A stretch of DNA of 64,000 nucleotides from NCBI GenBank assembly GCA_963762145.1, contig CAVXJS010000021.1:64001-128000 (forward strand), read 5' to 3'. Below are positions 10,773 through 24,215 of the stretch, one piece after another. Within the stretch, counting starts at the first letter, position 1. The number at the start of each line of letters is the position of its first letter. A model generated the notes under the pieces. That model was not told the DNA's origin, did not search any database, and was given only the letters and a program-made list of their open reading frames with translations. Made by a program: the position numbers and the translations under genes. This stretch comes from an uncultured Candidatus Rokubacteria bacterium. GTDB lineage: Bacteria > Methylomirabilota > Methylomirabilia > Rokubacteriales > CSP1-6.

Positions 10773-11610
10773 TGCGGCGCGACCCCGTCTTCTGGCTCTC
10801 GGCGCTCGCGCTCGGGCTCATCCTGCTCGCCGCGGTCTTCGCCGAGCGCCTGGCGCCCTACGGCCCGAACGAGCAGGACATCACCAAGCGCCTGCAGCCG
10901 CCCGGCATCGACAGCAGCACGTCCTCGGCACCGACGAGGTCGGCCGCGACATCCTGAGCCGGCTGATCTACGGGGCCCGCGTCTCGCTGCTGTCGGCGTC
11001 ATCGCCGTCGGCCTGTCGTGCCCGCTCGGCGTGCTCGTCGGCCTCGTCGCCGGCTACGCGGGTCGCCGCGATCGACGATGTGCTGATGCACATCACCGAC
11101 ATCCAGCTCGCGATCCCCACCATCCTGCTCGCGATCGCGGTGGTGGCGGTGCTCGGCCCCGGACTGCCCAACGTCATCATCACGCTCAGCGTGACCGGCT
11201 GGACGCTCTACGCGCGCCTCGTGCGCGGCGAGACGCATCGACCGTGAAGGACGCGCGACTTCGTGCAGGCCGCGCGGGCCAACGGCGCGGGCGACGCGCG
11301 CATCGTGCTGCGCCACGTGCTGCCCAACGTGTTCTCGCCGGTGATCGTGGTGGCGGTCTTCGCGGTGGCCAACATGATCGTGCTGGAGGCGACCCTGTCG
11401 TTCCTGGGCCTGGGGGTGGAGCCGAGCGTGGTGACCTGGGGCCGGATGCTGAACGGGGGCCGGCTCTACCTCAACACCGCGTGGTGGCTCACCGCCTTCC
11501 CCGGCCTCGCGATCTTCGTCACGGTGCTGGCGGTGAACCTGCTGGGCGACCACCTGCGCGACTGGCTCGACCCGCAGCTCCGCGGATCGCTCGGCTCGGC
11601 GCAGGCCTGA
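10772..11610 (+). CDS. DppC/OppC-type ABC permease, several frameshifts
   Basis: LGTDEVGRDILSRLIYGARVSL, RHVLPNV, EATLSFLGLG, GDHLRDWLDP across frames. Confidence 0.85.
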
Positions 11611-11875
11611 CCTCGGCGGTCGCTTCACCGACCTCTCAGGTCCCTCTCACCCGGCGTAGCAACCCCGGACGTCCCGCCGTCCTGACGTCCGCCGCCCACC
11701 CCGACGATCATCTCGACCTGTCCGATCTGGGCCTGTGATCGGGCGTGGTGGCCAATTGTCGCGATCTTGCGCGAAGGCTCGCAGCAGGCGGCACTCCCTC
11801 TAGTGGGGGCATCTGACTGGGTGAGAGCAGACACTGCTGAAAGCAAGCGCATCCGAAACACGAGGAGGAGTCGAG

Positions 11876-12280
11876 ATGACGAGCCCAAAACGAATGTTGG
11901 TGGTGGCACTTCTCATGACCGGCACCCTGATCCAGGCTGGCACCCTGATGGCGCAGGAGACCATCACGCCGCTCTTGTCGAACGATCTGGCAGACGTTTC
12001 CGGCAAGGAGAGTCTGATGTACACGGTGGAGTTTCCGCCGGGCTTTTCGAGCCCCGTCCACCGTCACAATGCGCATGTGTCTGTCTACGTGCTGGAGGGC
12101 TCCGTCGTGATGCAGGTGAAAGGCGGAAAAGAAGTCACACTGACGCCAGGCCAGAGCTTTTCTGAAGTTCCCGGCGATGTCCACGTCGTCAGCCGGAACG
12201 CAAGCAGTACAAGGCCGGCCAGATTCCTCGTGTTCATGGTCAAGGACAAGGGCGCTCCGCTGGTGGTCCTAGAAAAGTAG
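11876..12280 (+). CDS. Exported cupin-domain protein
   Basis: Signal peptide; PPG..PVHRH..VYVLEG and E.PGDVH cupin motifs; GAGGAGG SD. Confidence 0.9.
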   Translation: MTSPKRMLVVALLMTGTLIQAGTLMAQETITPLLSNDLADVSGKESLMYTVEFPPGFSSPVHRHNAHVSVYVLEGSVVMQVKGGKEVTLTPGQSFSEVPGDVHVVSRNASSTRPARFLVFMVKDKGAPLVVLEK

Positions 12281-12308
12281 ACCGACCCAACCCACAGGAG
12301 AGACAAAC

Positions 12309-13097
12309 GTGACAAAAGTATTTCTCGCCGGGGCAACCGGAGCGATCGGAAAGCGCCTCGTGCCGCAGTTGCTCGACGCGGGCTGTGAAGTGTTCGGGAC
12401 GACCCGCTCAGAGAGAAAAGTCGCCGAGCTCAGGGCCGCCGGCGTCACGCCTATCGTCGTGGACGTGTTCGATGCCCCGGCGTTGTCCCGAGCGATGGCC
12501 GCGGCGCGCCCGGACATCGTCGTAAATCAGCTCACGGATCTTCCGGCCAATCTTGAACCGAGCGGCATGGCAGAGGGCATTGTCCGCACGACGCGTATCC
12601 GCATCGAGGGAACACGCAATCTGGTTGCGGCAGCGCGTGAAGCCGGTGTCCGCCGGATCATCGCCCAGAGCCTGGCTTGCTGGGTCTACGCGGATGGGCC
12701 TCAACCGTATTCCGAAGATGCCCCGCTGGATCTCCGCGCCGACGCACCTCTCGCCATCGTCGTGGAAGGCGTGGCCGCGCTCGAACAATTGACGACGATG
12801 TCGCCTCCCGTCGAAGGCGTGGTACTGCGTTACGGTCAGATATACGGACCGGGAACGGGGAGGGATGAGCCGACCCGGCCGGCGCCTCTCCACGTCGACG
12901 CCGCGGCCCATGCCGCGTTGCTCGGATTCGAGCGAGGCAAGCCGGGCATATTCAACATCGCCGAGGACGACGGCTTCGTCTCGATCGAAAAAGCACTCGG
13001 CGAGCTTGGCTTCGATCCCGGCTTCCGCCTGGACAACGACCGGCGGCGGGATCAGCGGTCGAAGATTCCTTCGGGGATGAGCGCGGTGACCACGTAG
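12309..13097 (+). CDS. NAD-dependent epimerase/dehydratase (atypical SDR)
   Basis: GATGAIG Rossmann motif, LRYGQIYGPGT; 3' end overlaps the convergent formamidase by 46 nt. Confidence 0.88.
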   Translation: MTKVFLAGATGAIGKRLVPQLLDAGCEVFGTTRSERKVAELRAAGVTPIVVDVFDAPALSRAMAAARPDIVVNQLTDLPANLEPSGMAEGIVRTTRIRIEGTRNLVAAAREAGVRRIIAQSLACWVYADGPQPYSEDAPLDLRADAPLAIVVEGVAALEQLTTMSPPVEGVVLRYGQIYGPGTGRDEPTRPAPLHVDAAAHAALLGFERGKPGIFNIAEDDGFVSIEKALGELGFDPGFRLDNDRRRDQRSKIPSGMSAVTT

Positions 13098-14158
13098 TTC
13101 GGCACGTCCACCACGTTGCTCACCCGCAGGTCCACCGCCACGCTCGAGATGACGTAGGCCTGCTCGCGCGTGAAGCCGCGCTCCTGCAGCAGGTCGATCA
13201 TGTTGAGCAGCGCGTTGCGGCAGGCCAGGGTGAGGTTCTCACCCTCGTTCACATCGTCGTCGCGGATCGGCATGCCGGTGGCGGCCAGGAAGCGCTTCGG
13301 CGCGGCCCACTCCGGCGGAGCGAAGTAGTCGCGATGGCGGAAACGCGGGCCGCGGGCCAGCGTCTTGCCCGCGCCCCGGATCACCTTGAACTTGACCACC
13401 GCGGTGGCGCCCATCTCGACCGCGGTCACGCACACCTCGCCGTCGCCCTGGGCGAAGTGGCCGTCGCCCACCGAGAACAGCGCGCCCTCCACCGCCACCG
13501 GGAGCTGGAGCGTCGCGCCCTTGGTGATCTGCTTCACGTCCATGTTGCCGCCGTTCTCGCGCGGCGGGATCGTGCGCAGACCGTGGGTGGCCGCCGGGCC
13601 CTTGCCGGGCACCGCGCCCGCCGCGTCGGGCGTCATGACGAGACCCCCGCGGCTCAGGAGGTCCTGCTCGCGCCGGGCCCACGCGGTGACCTGCGCGTGC
13701 GACGGCGCCACCCCGATCACGCCCATGAAGGACGCGCCGGGGATGCGCACGCCGGGCAGCTCCTTCGAGGTGGCCCAGCCGTCGGCGATGCTCCAGTGCA
13801 CCAGGTAGGGCACCGTGTAGAGGTCCCGCAGGAAGCCGAGACCCGGCACGATGCCGGTGAACGCATGGGGCTGAGGCAGGACGTCCACGAACTCGATCTC
13901 GAGGAGATCGCCCGGGCGGGCGCCCTTCACAAGCACCGGCCCCGTGATGGGATGGATGGGGCCCGCGTCCATGGCGGCAATGGCCGCCGCGGTGGTGCCT
14001 GGCCCGAGCTGGCCGTCCACCCCGTCGCGGGTCTCGAGCACGACCTCCTCGCCTTCGGAGACCTCCAGGATGGGCGGGACGTCCGGATGCCACCGGTTGT
14101 GGCCGGTCCCGGGCTGGTCGATGAGCCGCTTCGTGCGATCGATCTCGACGCTCTTCAT
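13052..14158 (-). CDS. Acetamidase/formamidase family protein
   Basis: HNRWHPD, HPITGPV, PPRENGGNMD, GDGHFAQGDGEV, VVDVPN. Confidence 0.95.
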   Translation of the reverse strand: MKSVEIDRTKRLIDQPGTGHNRWHPDVPPILEVSEGEEVVLETRDGVDGQLGPGTTAAAIAAMDAGPIHPITGPVLVKGARPGDLLEIEFVDVLPQPHAFTGIVPGLGFLRDLYTVPYLVHWSIADGWATSKELPGVRIPGASFMGVIGVAPSHAQVTAWARREQDLLSRGGLVMTPDAAGAVPGKGPAATHGLRTIPPRENGGNMDVKQITKGATLQLPVAVEGALFSVGDGHFAQGDGEVCVTAVEMGATAVVKFKVIRGAGKTLARGPRFRHRDYFAPPEWAAPKRFLAATGMPIRDDDVNEGENLTLACRNALLNMIDLLQERGFTREQAYVISSVAVDLRVSNVVDVPNYVVTALIPEGIFDR

Positions 14159-15984
14159 GACGACGCCTCCGCGCTCCGGAATCCCCGCCAGCGCTCCTCG
14201 GCCTGCGCGAAGCCGGGCCCGCGATCGATCAGGGGCAGATCGCGGGCGCGGCGCGCGCGCTCCTCCTGGGTGGCGGTCTTGTCCACCTCGAGGGTGGCCG
14301 CGTCCACCACCACCCCGTAGTCCTCGAGCGCGCCGCGTGGCGTGATGAACCCGCGCGCCACGTCCTGGCGCACCCGCTCCGGCTCGCGCGCGAGCGGGTC
14401 GCCCCAGCCGCCGCCGCCACACGTTTCGAAGCGCAGCAGGTCGCCGCGCTTCAGGACGATCGCGTCGCCCAGCGCCGGCAGCACGCGCTCCTCCGGCGTC
14501 CCCGGGTTGAGCGTGATGCGCCCGGTGCGGCCCGCGCCGCCGCCCGCCACCCCATAGGGCGCGACCACCGTGTTCTCCATCCGCGTGGCCAGCTCGGCAC
14601 GCTCGGCCAGCACGCGCACGTCGCGCACCACGCCGGTGCCCCCGCGCTGCACGCCCGGCCCGCCCGAGTCCGGGCGCACCGCGTAGCGCTCCACCCGGAG
14701 CGGGAAGTCGCGCTCCACGTACTCGACCGGGTAGTTCTCCTGGGCGATGTAGTAGATGACGTCCACCCCGTCCGCGAACGGGCGCGCGCCCAGCCCGACC
14801 CCGAGGCCCTCGATGCAGAGGATCGGCCGCTGCCGAACCGCGTCCCAGGACCGGAAGTAGTAGAGCACGTAGACCGGCGAGCCCGCGGGCACGCGGCCGC
14901 CGTTGGCCTGCGCCAGCGTGCCGAAGATGCACGACATCACCCGGAAGCGGGTATTGGCGCGCATGCCGAGCGGCGCCGGGAAGCGCGGCTTGAGGATGCT
15001 GCCCTCGCGCGCGATCCACTCGTCGAGATTGTGCAGCAGCCCCTCGTTGACCTCCAGGTCGGGGTCGAGCGACTGGAGATACCTCCCGAACGCGATGCGG
15101 AGCAGGCCGGGATTGGTGGTGAAGTTGATCGGGCCGCGCGCCTGGTCGTCCGAGCTCGAGCCGTCGAGGCGCACGTGGTCGCCCGCGCGCGTCAGCGTGA
15201 GGTCGATGCGATAGGGCCGCGCCTCGGCCCCGCCGTCGCTGTCGAGGAAGTCGTGGAAGCGCCACTCCCCCGGAGGCACGAGCTCGAGGAACAGCTCGCG
15301 CGCCCGCACTGCGGTCTGGGCGATGCACTCGTCGAAGGCGGCCAGCAGCGTCTCCACCCCGTAGCGGGCGCAGAGCTCGCCGAGACGCGCCTCGGCCAGG
15401 TGGCAGGAGGCCATCATCGCGCGCGTGTCGCCCTCCACCAGGTCGGGCAGCCGCGAGTTGCGGAGGAAGATCCGGTACGCCTCCTCGTTGAGCTGCCCCT
15501 CGCGGACGATCCGCACCGGGGGCACGAGCACGCCCTCGTGATAGATCTCGGTGGCGTGCGGTGAGATCGAGCCGGCCCGCAGCCCGCCGATGTCCTGGTA
15601 GTGGCCGAACGTGGTGGCGAAGGCGACCGGGCGGCCCTCGTGGAAGACCGGCACCGTGAAGACCATGTCCTGGTGGTGCTGGACCGCGCCGTCCGAGATG
15701 TAGGGGTCGTTGAACCAGTACACGTCGCCCGGCCGCATGGTCTCGAGCGGGTAGAGCGCGAGAATCGGCTGCAGCATGCCGGGCCCGCTGCCCGAGATGT
15801 GACAGGCCACGATGCGGCCCCGCGTGTCGAAGATGCCGACGAAGTAGTCCTTCTTCTCCTTGATGAAGGGCGACATCGCGCAGCGCTCCATCAGGAGCTC
15901 CATGTCGCGGATCGCGGAGGCGAGGCTGCCGCGGATGATCTCGAGCGTGATCGGATCGACGCGCGGCGAGGCGGGCTCAGGCAT
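14155..15984 (-). CDS. Hydantoinase B / oxoprolinase family subunit
   Basis: DPITLEII, FNDPY, HHQD, GHYQDIGG, DSGGPG..RGG, GGGGWGDP. Confidence 0.95.
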   Translation of the reverse strand: MPEPASPRVDPITLEIIRGSLASAIRDMELLMERCAMSPFIKEKKDYFVGIFDTRGRIVACHISGSGPGMLQPILALYPLETMRPGDVYWFNDPYISDGAVQHHQDMVFTVPVFHEGRPVAFATTFGHYQDIGGLRAGSISPHATEIYHEGVLVPPVRIVREGQLNEEAYRIFLRNSRLPDLVEGDTRAMMASCHLAEARLGELCARYGVETLLAAFDECIAQTAVRARELFLELVPPGEWRFHDFLDSDGGAEARPYRIDLTLTRAGDHVRLDGSSSDDQARGPINFTTNPGLLRIAFGRYLQSLDPDLEVNEGLLHNLDEWIAREGSILKPRFPAPLGMRANTRFRVMSCIFGTLAQANGGRVPAGSPVYVLYYFRSWDAVRQRPILCIEGLGVGLGARPFADGVDVIYYIAQENYPVEYVERDFPLRVERYAVRPDSGGPGVQRGGTGVVRDVRVLAERAELATRMENTVVAPYGVAGGGAGRTGRITLNPGTPEERVLPALGDAIVLKRGDLLRFETCGGGGWGDPLAREPERVRQDVARGFITPRGALEDYGVVVDAATLEVDKTATQEERARRARDLPLIDRGPGFAQAEERWRGFRSAEASS

Positions 15985-18055
15985 GGGAGCGCTCCAGGAG
16001 GATATTGTGCGCGTCGTCGACGCGGGCGCGGAAGCCCGGCGCCACCAGCGGGGTGGCGTCGTCCTGCTCGATGATGGCCGGGCCCTCGAACGCCATCCCC
16101 GGCGCCAGGCCGTCCCGCGCGTAGCAGGGCGTGGAGACGAAGCCCGCGCCGCGGAAGTACACCGGCCGGTGGCCGACGATCGCGGCGGCCAGCGTGCCCC
16201 CGCCCGTCACGGGCAGGGTGCGCTCGCCGTGCGGCAGGGCGCCCACCGCGGTGAGCCGCAGGTTCACCAGCTCCACCGGCGCGTTCGGCAGATCGTAGCT
16301 GTAGAGCCGCCGGTGCTCGGCGTGGAACGTCGCCACCAGCTGTTCGAGCCGGGCCGCGGTCAGCGGGCCCTCGCCGAGCGGACAGGTCAGCTCGAAGCTC
16401 TGGTGCTCGTAGCGCAGGTCCGCGCCGCGCTCGAAGCGCTGCCGCTCGGGCGGCACCTGCTCGCCCGCCAGCCAGGCCTGCGCCTGGCGCTCGAGCTCCC
16501 GCCAGGCGCCCTCGAGCTCCGCCACTCCGCGAGCCGCCTCGGCCAGCCGGCGCGCCCCGGTGCCCGCGGTGCGCACGAACGTCGAGCGGATGTCGGTGTC
16601 GAGCAGGCCCCAGGTGGACAGCACGCCCGGCCGCGCCGGGATGATCACGGTCGGGATGTCGAGCAGCTCGGCCAGGCGACAGGCGTGGAGCGGCCCCGCG
16701 CCGCCGAAGGCCACCAGCGCGAACCGGCGCGGGTCGTGGCCGCGGCCGACCGAGACGGTGCGGATCGCGCGGGCCATGGTGTTGTCCACGATCTCGACGA
16801 TGCCGGCCGCCGCCTCCTCCACGCCCAGGCTCAGCGGGCGACCGATGCGCGCCGCGATGGCCTCGCGCGCCGCCGGCACGTCGAGCGGCAGCTCGCCGCC
16901 CAGCAGGGCCGCCGGGATGCGGCCCAGCACGAGGTGCGCGTCCGTGACGGTCGGCTCGCTCCCGCCGCGCCGATAGCACACCGGCCCGGGCTCGGCGCCC
17001 GCGCTGCGCGGCCCCACCGTGAGGCGGCCCGCGCTGGTCACCGTGGCGATGCTGCCGCCGCCCGCGCCGATCGTGTGGATGTCGACGATGGGCAGCTTGA
17101 GCGGGAACGGCCCGATCATGCCGTCCTTGGTGACCTCGGGCCGCCCGTCGCGCACCAGGCAGATGTCGGCGCTGGTGCCGCCCACGTCGATCGAGATGAT
17201 GTCGCCGAAGCCGGCCGATCGACCGACCGACACCGCGCCGACGACACCGGCGGCGGGGCCCGACAGCACGGTCTGCACCGGCTGGCGCACGCAGGTGGCC
17301 GCGCTCGTGACGCCGCCGTCCGACTTCATGATGAGCAGGGGCGCCTGCAGGCCCTCGCGGTCCAGCGCCTGGCGCAGCACGCTCACGTAGCGGCTCACCG
17401 GCGGCATCACCGCGGCATTGAGCGCGGTCGCCATGGTCCGCTCGAACTCGCGGAACTGCGGCAGCACCTCGGAGGACAGCGACACGAGCACGCCCGGGTA
17501 CTCCTCGGCCAGGATCGCCTGCATGCGCTGCTCGTGCGCGGGATTGGCGTAGGCGTGAAGGAAGACCACCGCGACCGCGGGCACGCCCATCTGGGCGAGC
17601 TGGCGGGCCAGGGCGCGGGCCCCCGGCTCGTCGAGCGGACTGAGCACGGAGCCGTCCACGTCGAGCCGCTCGGCCACCTCGAACACGCGCTCCGGGGTGA
17701 TCGGGCGCGTGGGCTTGGACCAGCCGTAGAGGTTGCCGTGGCGCGGGATGTCGTGGCGCCCGATCTCGAGCACGTACTTGAAGCCGGCCGTGGTCACGAG
17801 CGCGGTGGGCGGCGTCTTGCCCTCGAGGATCGCGTTGGTCGCGGTCGTGGTCCCGTGGAAGACGCGCAGCACGTCGACGGGCGCGCGGCCGGCCAGGGCC
17901 AGCACCTTCCGCACCGCGGTGATGAAGCCGGTGGAGAGATCGCCCGGCGTGGAGGGCGTCTTGGCGACCCAGAGCGCGCCGGTGGCGGCGTCGGTGAACG
18001 TGATATCGGTGAAGGTCCCGCCTACGTCGATGGCGAGCGTGCAGGTCTTGGTCAC
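15977..18055 (-). CDS. Hydantoinase A / oxoprolinase family subunit
   Basis: DVGGTFTD, HGTTTATNA, SGPAAG, DVGGTSAD, IGAGGGS, FGGAGPLH; GTG start inferred. Confidence 0.95.
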   Translation of the reverse strand: MTKTCTLAIDVGGTFTDITFTDAATGALWVAKTPSTPGDLSTGFITAVRKVLALAGRAPVDVLRVFHGTTTATNAILEGKTPPTALVTTAGFKYVLEIGRHDIPRHGNLYGWSKPTRPITPERVFEVAERLDVDGSVLSPLDEPGARALARQLAQMGVPAVAVVFLHAYANPAHEQRMQAILAEEYPGVLVSLSSEVLPQFREFERTMATALNAAVMPPVSRYVSVLRQALDREGLQAPLLIMKSDGGVTSAATCVRQPVQTVLSGPAAGVVGAVSVGRSAGFGDIISIDVGGTSADICLVRDGRPEVTKDGMIGPFPLKLPIVDIHTIGAGGGSIATVTSAGRLTVGPRSAGAEPGPVCYRRGGSEPTVTDAHLVLGRIPAALLGGELPLDVPAAREAIAARIGRPLSLGVEEAAAGIVEIVDNTMARAIRTVSVGRGHDPRRFALVAFGGAGPLHACRLAELLDIPTVIIPARPGVLSTWGLLDTDIRSTFVRTAGTGARRLAEAARGVAELEGAWRELERQAQAWLAGEQVPPERQRFERGADLRYEHQSFELTCPLGEGPLTAARLEQLVATFHAEHRRLYSYDLPNAPVELVNLRLTAVGALPHGERTLPVTGGGTLAAAIVGHRPVYFRGAGFVSTPCYARDGLAPGMAFEGPAIIEQDDATPLVAPGFRARVDDAHNILLERSHA

Positions 18056-18173
18056 GGGCGGGCCTATTGTAGTCCCGTTCCCAGCCAACCGGCCAACCGT
18101 CTGCTACACTTCAACCAGGCGACGGAAAGCGGCGCGGACTGAACGGGCCGACGCCGCTTTGTCGTCTAACCAT

Positions 18174-19217
18174 ATGGAATTCAAGGACTACTACAAGACG
18201 CTCGGGGTCGAGCGGACGGCCGACGACAAGGCGATCAAGACCGCCTACCGCCGGCTCGCCCGCAAGCACCACCCGGACGTCAACAAGGGCAAGGCCGACC
18301 GCTTCAAGGAGATCACGGAGGCCTACACGGTCCTCGGGGATCCCGAGAAGCGGAAGCGTTACGACACCCTCGGGCCCGACTGGGAGCGCTACGCCCAGGC
18401 CGGCGCCGGGGCCGGCCGCTCGCCGTTCGAGGGCCGCCCCCGAGGCGGCAACGTCCACTTCTCGCAGGAAGGCGACGCGGGCGGCTTCTCGGACTTCTTC
18501 CGCACGATCTTCTCGGACCTCGGCGGCTTCCGGCGTGCCCAGGCCGGAGGCGGCGCGACCGAGTTCGAGTTCTCGGACCTGGGCGACGGCTTCGGCCCGG
18601 TCAGCCGTGGCAGCGATGTCGAGGCGGCCATCGAGCTCACGCTCGAGGAGGCCTTCCAGGGGGCGAAGAAGGCGATCGCGCTCGACCTCGACGAGCCGTG
18701 CCCGGAATGCGGCGGCTCGGGCAACGTCAACCGGCGCCCCTGCCCGCGGTGCCGGGGCGGCGGCTGGACCAAGAGCACCCGGAACCTGGAGGTCAAGATC
18801 CCGGCGGGCGTGGACACCGGCTCGCGCGTGCGCATGGCCTCCGAGGGCGTCGGCGGCGGCTCGGGCGATCGCGCCTCCCGCGGCGACCTCTACCTGCGCG
18901 TGACGGTGGCGCGCCACCCGCGCTTCGAGCGCCGGGGGGACGACCTCCACGCGGACCTGCCGGTGCCGGTGACGGTGGCCGCGCTGGGCGGCGAGGTCTC
19001 GGTGCCCACGCTCAAGGGGCAGGTGTCCATGAAGATCCCGGCGGAGACGTCGAGCGGCAAGACGTTCCGGCTCCCCGGATACGGCATGCCGCGTCTCAAG
19101 GGCGGCGGGGCCGGCGACCAGTTCGTGCGGGTGCAGATCACGATGCCGACCGGGCTCAACCCGAGAGAGAAAGAGCTATTCCAGGAGCTGAAGAAGCTCC
19201 GACCGGAGACCAACTGA
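18174..19217 (+). CDS. DnaJ/CbpA-type co-chaperone
   Basis: DYYKTLGV J-domain with HPD, G/F-rich linker, two CxxCxGxG motifs, DnaJ C-terminal domain. Confidence 0.93.
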   Translation: MEFKDYYKTLGVERTADDKAIKTAYRRLARKHHPDVNKGKADRFKEITEAYTVLGDPEKRKRYDTLGPDWERYAQAGAGAGRSPFEGRPRGGNVHFSQEGDAGGFSDFFRTIFSDLGGFRRAQAGGGATEFEFSDLGDGFGPVSRGSDVEAAIELTLEEAFQGAKKAIALDLDEPCPECGGSGNVNRRPCPRCRGGGWTKSTRNLEVKIPAGVDTGSRVRMASEGVGGGSGDRASRGDLYLRVTVARHPRFERRGDDLHADLPVPVTVAALGGEVSVPTLKGQVSMKIPAETSSGKTFRLPGYGMPRLKGGGAGDQFVRVQITMPTGLNPREKELFQELKKLRPETN

Positions 19218-19218
19218 G

Positions 19219-21812
<2,594 letters not shown>

Positions 21813-21816
<4 letters not shown>

Positions 21817-23618
21817 GTTCCGATCAGGCCGCCGTCGGCGCGGCGGATCACCACGGTGGCCGAGCGGGGCCGTCCTCCGGCCGGGCCGTCCGGCCACGCG
21901 CTGATCCCCTGCGGGGTCGCCGGGTTGCTCCGCTCGCTCGGCGTCTCCCCCGGGTGCTGGATGTTCACGAACATGGTCCGCCCGTCCGGGGTGCCGGTGG
22001 CGCCGGTGACCTCGCAGCCGCGAGGACCGGTGAGGAAGCGCCGCACCTCCCGCGTGACCGGATCGGCGGCCAGCATCTGGTTGTTGCCCATGCCCGCGTA
22101 GTCCCCCTTGTGGAGGAGCCGCGTGGACACATCGGTCTGGATCCACACCACCCCGCGCCCGTCCACCCAGAGCCCGTCCGGCGAGCCGAAGGCGTCGCCC
22201 TTGCTCGCGGGGTCACCCCCGAGGATGAAGACGTCCCACTCGAAGCGCGTCGCGGTCGGATCGCCGCCGCGCTCCCGCCAGCGGATGATGTGGCCGTACA
22301 CGTTCTCGGCCCGCGGATTGGCCGGATCCGGTCCCGGGCGCCCGGCCTGGCCGCGCGTCTCGCTGTAGGAGAGCGCGCAGTAGGCCTCACCGGTCTTCGG
22401 ATGCACCGCGATCCACTCCGGCCGATCCATCTTCGTGGCGCCCGCGAGATCCCCGGCCAGACGCGGCGCGATACAGATCTCGGCCTGGCTCGGGAACCCG
22501 GCGCCCGCGTCGAGCCCGTTCCGCCCGGGGGCCAGCTCGAGCCAGACGCCGGTGCCGTCGGCGTCGAAGCGGGCCGCGTAGAGCGTGCCGTGCTCGAGAG
22601 CACGGCGATGGGCCGGGTCGCGGGTCACGAACTTGTAGATGTACTCGAAGCGCTCGTCGTCCCCCATGTAGAAGGCCACGCGGCGATCCGGCGCCACCGC
22701 GACGGCGGCGCCCTCGTGCTTGAAGCGCCCCATCGCGGTGTGCTTCACGGGCGGGCGCGAGGGCTCGAACGGATCGATCTCGACGACCCAGCCGAAGCGA
22801 TTCGGCTCGTTCGGGTGGCGCGCGGCGTCGAAGCGCTCGTCGAACTCGTGCCAGCGGTACCCGCCGCCCCGCTCGGTAATCCCGTAGCGCTTCTGGAGCG
22901 CGGGGACGCTGCCGGAGCGGTTGACGAAGTAGAACTGGATGTTCTCCTCGCAGGTCAGGTAGGTCCCCCACGGGGTGTAGCCCATCGCGCAGTTGCTCAT
23001 CGTGCCGAGCGCGCGGCGGCCGGCCGGATCGGCGGCGGTCCGCATCCACGCGTGCCCGGCCGCGGGCCCGGCGATCCCCATCGGCGTCGCCGCGGTCACC
23101 CGGCGCGCGTAGCGCGACGGCCGTACGACACGCCAGCGGTCGCCGTCCCGTCGCACCTCGATCACCGAGACCCCGTGCGCCGCCTGCGACTTCCGCACCT
23201 TCTCGGCGGTCCAGGTCAGCATGCCGTCCGGGTGGAGCAGCCCGTCGTCGGTGTACTCGTGGTTGATGGCGAGCAACCCGCGGGTCGAGCCGGTCTGACC
23301 GGCGGGCAGCGGGAAGAAGTGCATGCCGTCGTGGTGCATGCCGGCCTGGCGGAGCTGATCGTCCACGCTGTTGCTCGCGTCCGGCTTGAAGGCGGGGCCG
23401 TCGGAGATCGGATCGCCCCAGGCGTAGAGAATTTCCGCGAGATAGCCCGGCGGGACCACCAGGGTGTCCGCCGTCGACACCGGTACGCCGGTGAAGCCGA
23501 GCGGGCCGCCCGCCCAGGGCGTGGGTCCCAGCCAGCCCAGGCCGGCCGCGGCGAGGCCGGAGGTCAGGAGGCGCCGGCGCGAGAGGCGCGCCTGGAGCAC
23601 GTCCGAGAAGATAGACAT
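21813..23618 (-). CDS. phoX: PhoX-family alkaline phosphatase (Tat-exported)
   Basis: SRRRLL Tat motif; [39 protein letters not shown]. Confidence 0.93.
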
Positions 23619-23644
23619 CGCGGCATGATACCGCGAGAGAACGG

Positions 23645-24034
23645 CTAGGACTGGCCGAGGAGCCCCGAGACCGCGCGGGAGAGATCGTCCACCGCGAACG
23701 GCTTGATCAGCACCGGCACCTGCGTGCCGTGCAGGAACCCGGAGTACTCGGGCGAGTCCACGAAGCCCGAGATGAACAGCAGGTGCGGGCGCGTATCCGG
23801 CCAGCGCCGCGTCAGCTCGAGGTAGAGGCTGGGCCCGTCGAGGCCCGGCATCTTGAGATCGCTCACGATCAGGTCGTAGGGATTCGCGGCGTCGAGCAGC
23901 CGGAGGGCGTCGGCCCCGTCACGCGCCGTCTCCACCGAGTGCCCGTCCGAGGCGAGCACCGCCGCGACCAGCTCCCGCACCGGAGTCTGGTCATCCACCA
24001 CGAGGACACGCTTGGTCTGCATGGGCGCCTGCAT
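23645..24034 (-). CDS. Single-domain response regulator (receiver)
   Basis: VLVVDD, DLKMPGLDG, ISG, KPF; GGAGG SD. Confidence 0.92.
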   Translation of the reverse strand: MQAPMQTKRVLVVDDQTPVRELVAAVLASDGHSVETARDGADALRLLDAANPYDLIVSDLKMPGLDGPSLYLELTRRWPDTRPHLLFISGFVDSPEYSGFLHGTQVPVLIKPFAVDDLSRAVSGLLGQS

Positions 24035-24215
24035 GCCTCCTGAGTAGAGCAAGGCCCCTGCCAGTCGGCCGCGACCCACGCATCCCGCGGAGATGCCTCG
24101 GAATGACCGGTTCTGGGCGTCGCGCCCGTCCGCGCCGCAACAGCACGGACGTCGGCCGGGCGTCGATACGAAAGCTGTCCGCGGCGGGCGCAGAAGGTGC
24201 GCGGTGTTCGCGGGC

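Noticed and set aside
9350-11260. Many frameshifts in the dpp-like operon (pseudogenisation or programmed frameshifting?)
   Set aside because: The indels are dense, with intact motifs and codon bias and no slippery sites. This fits low-coverage long-read consensus error better. Read-level checking is needed.
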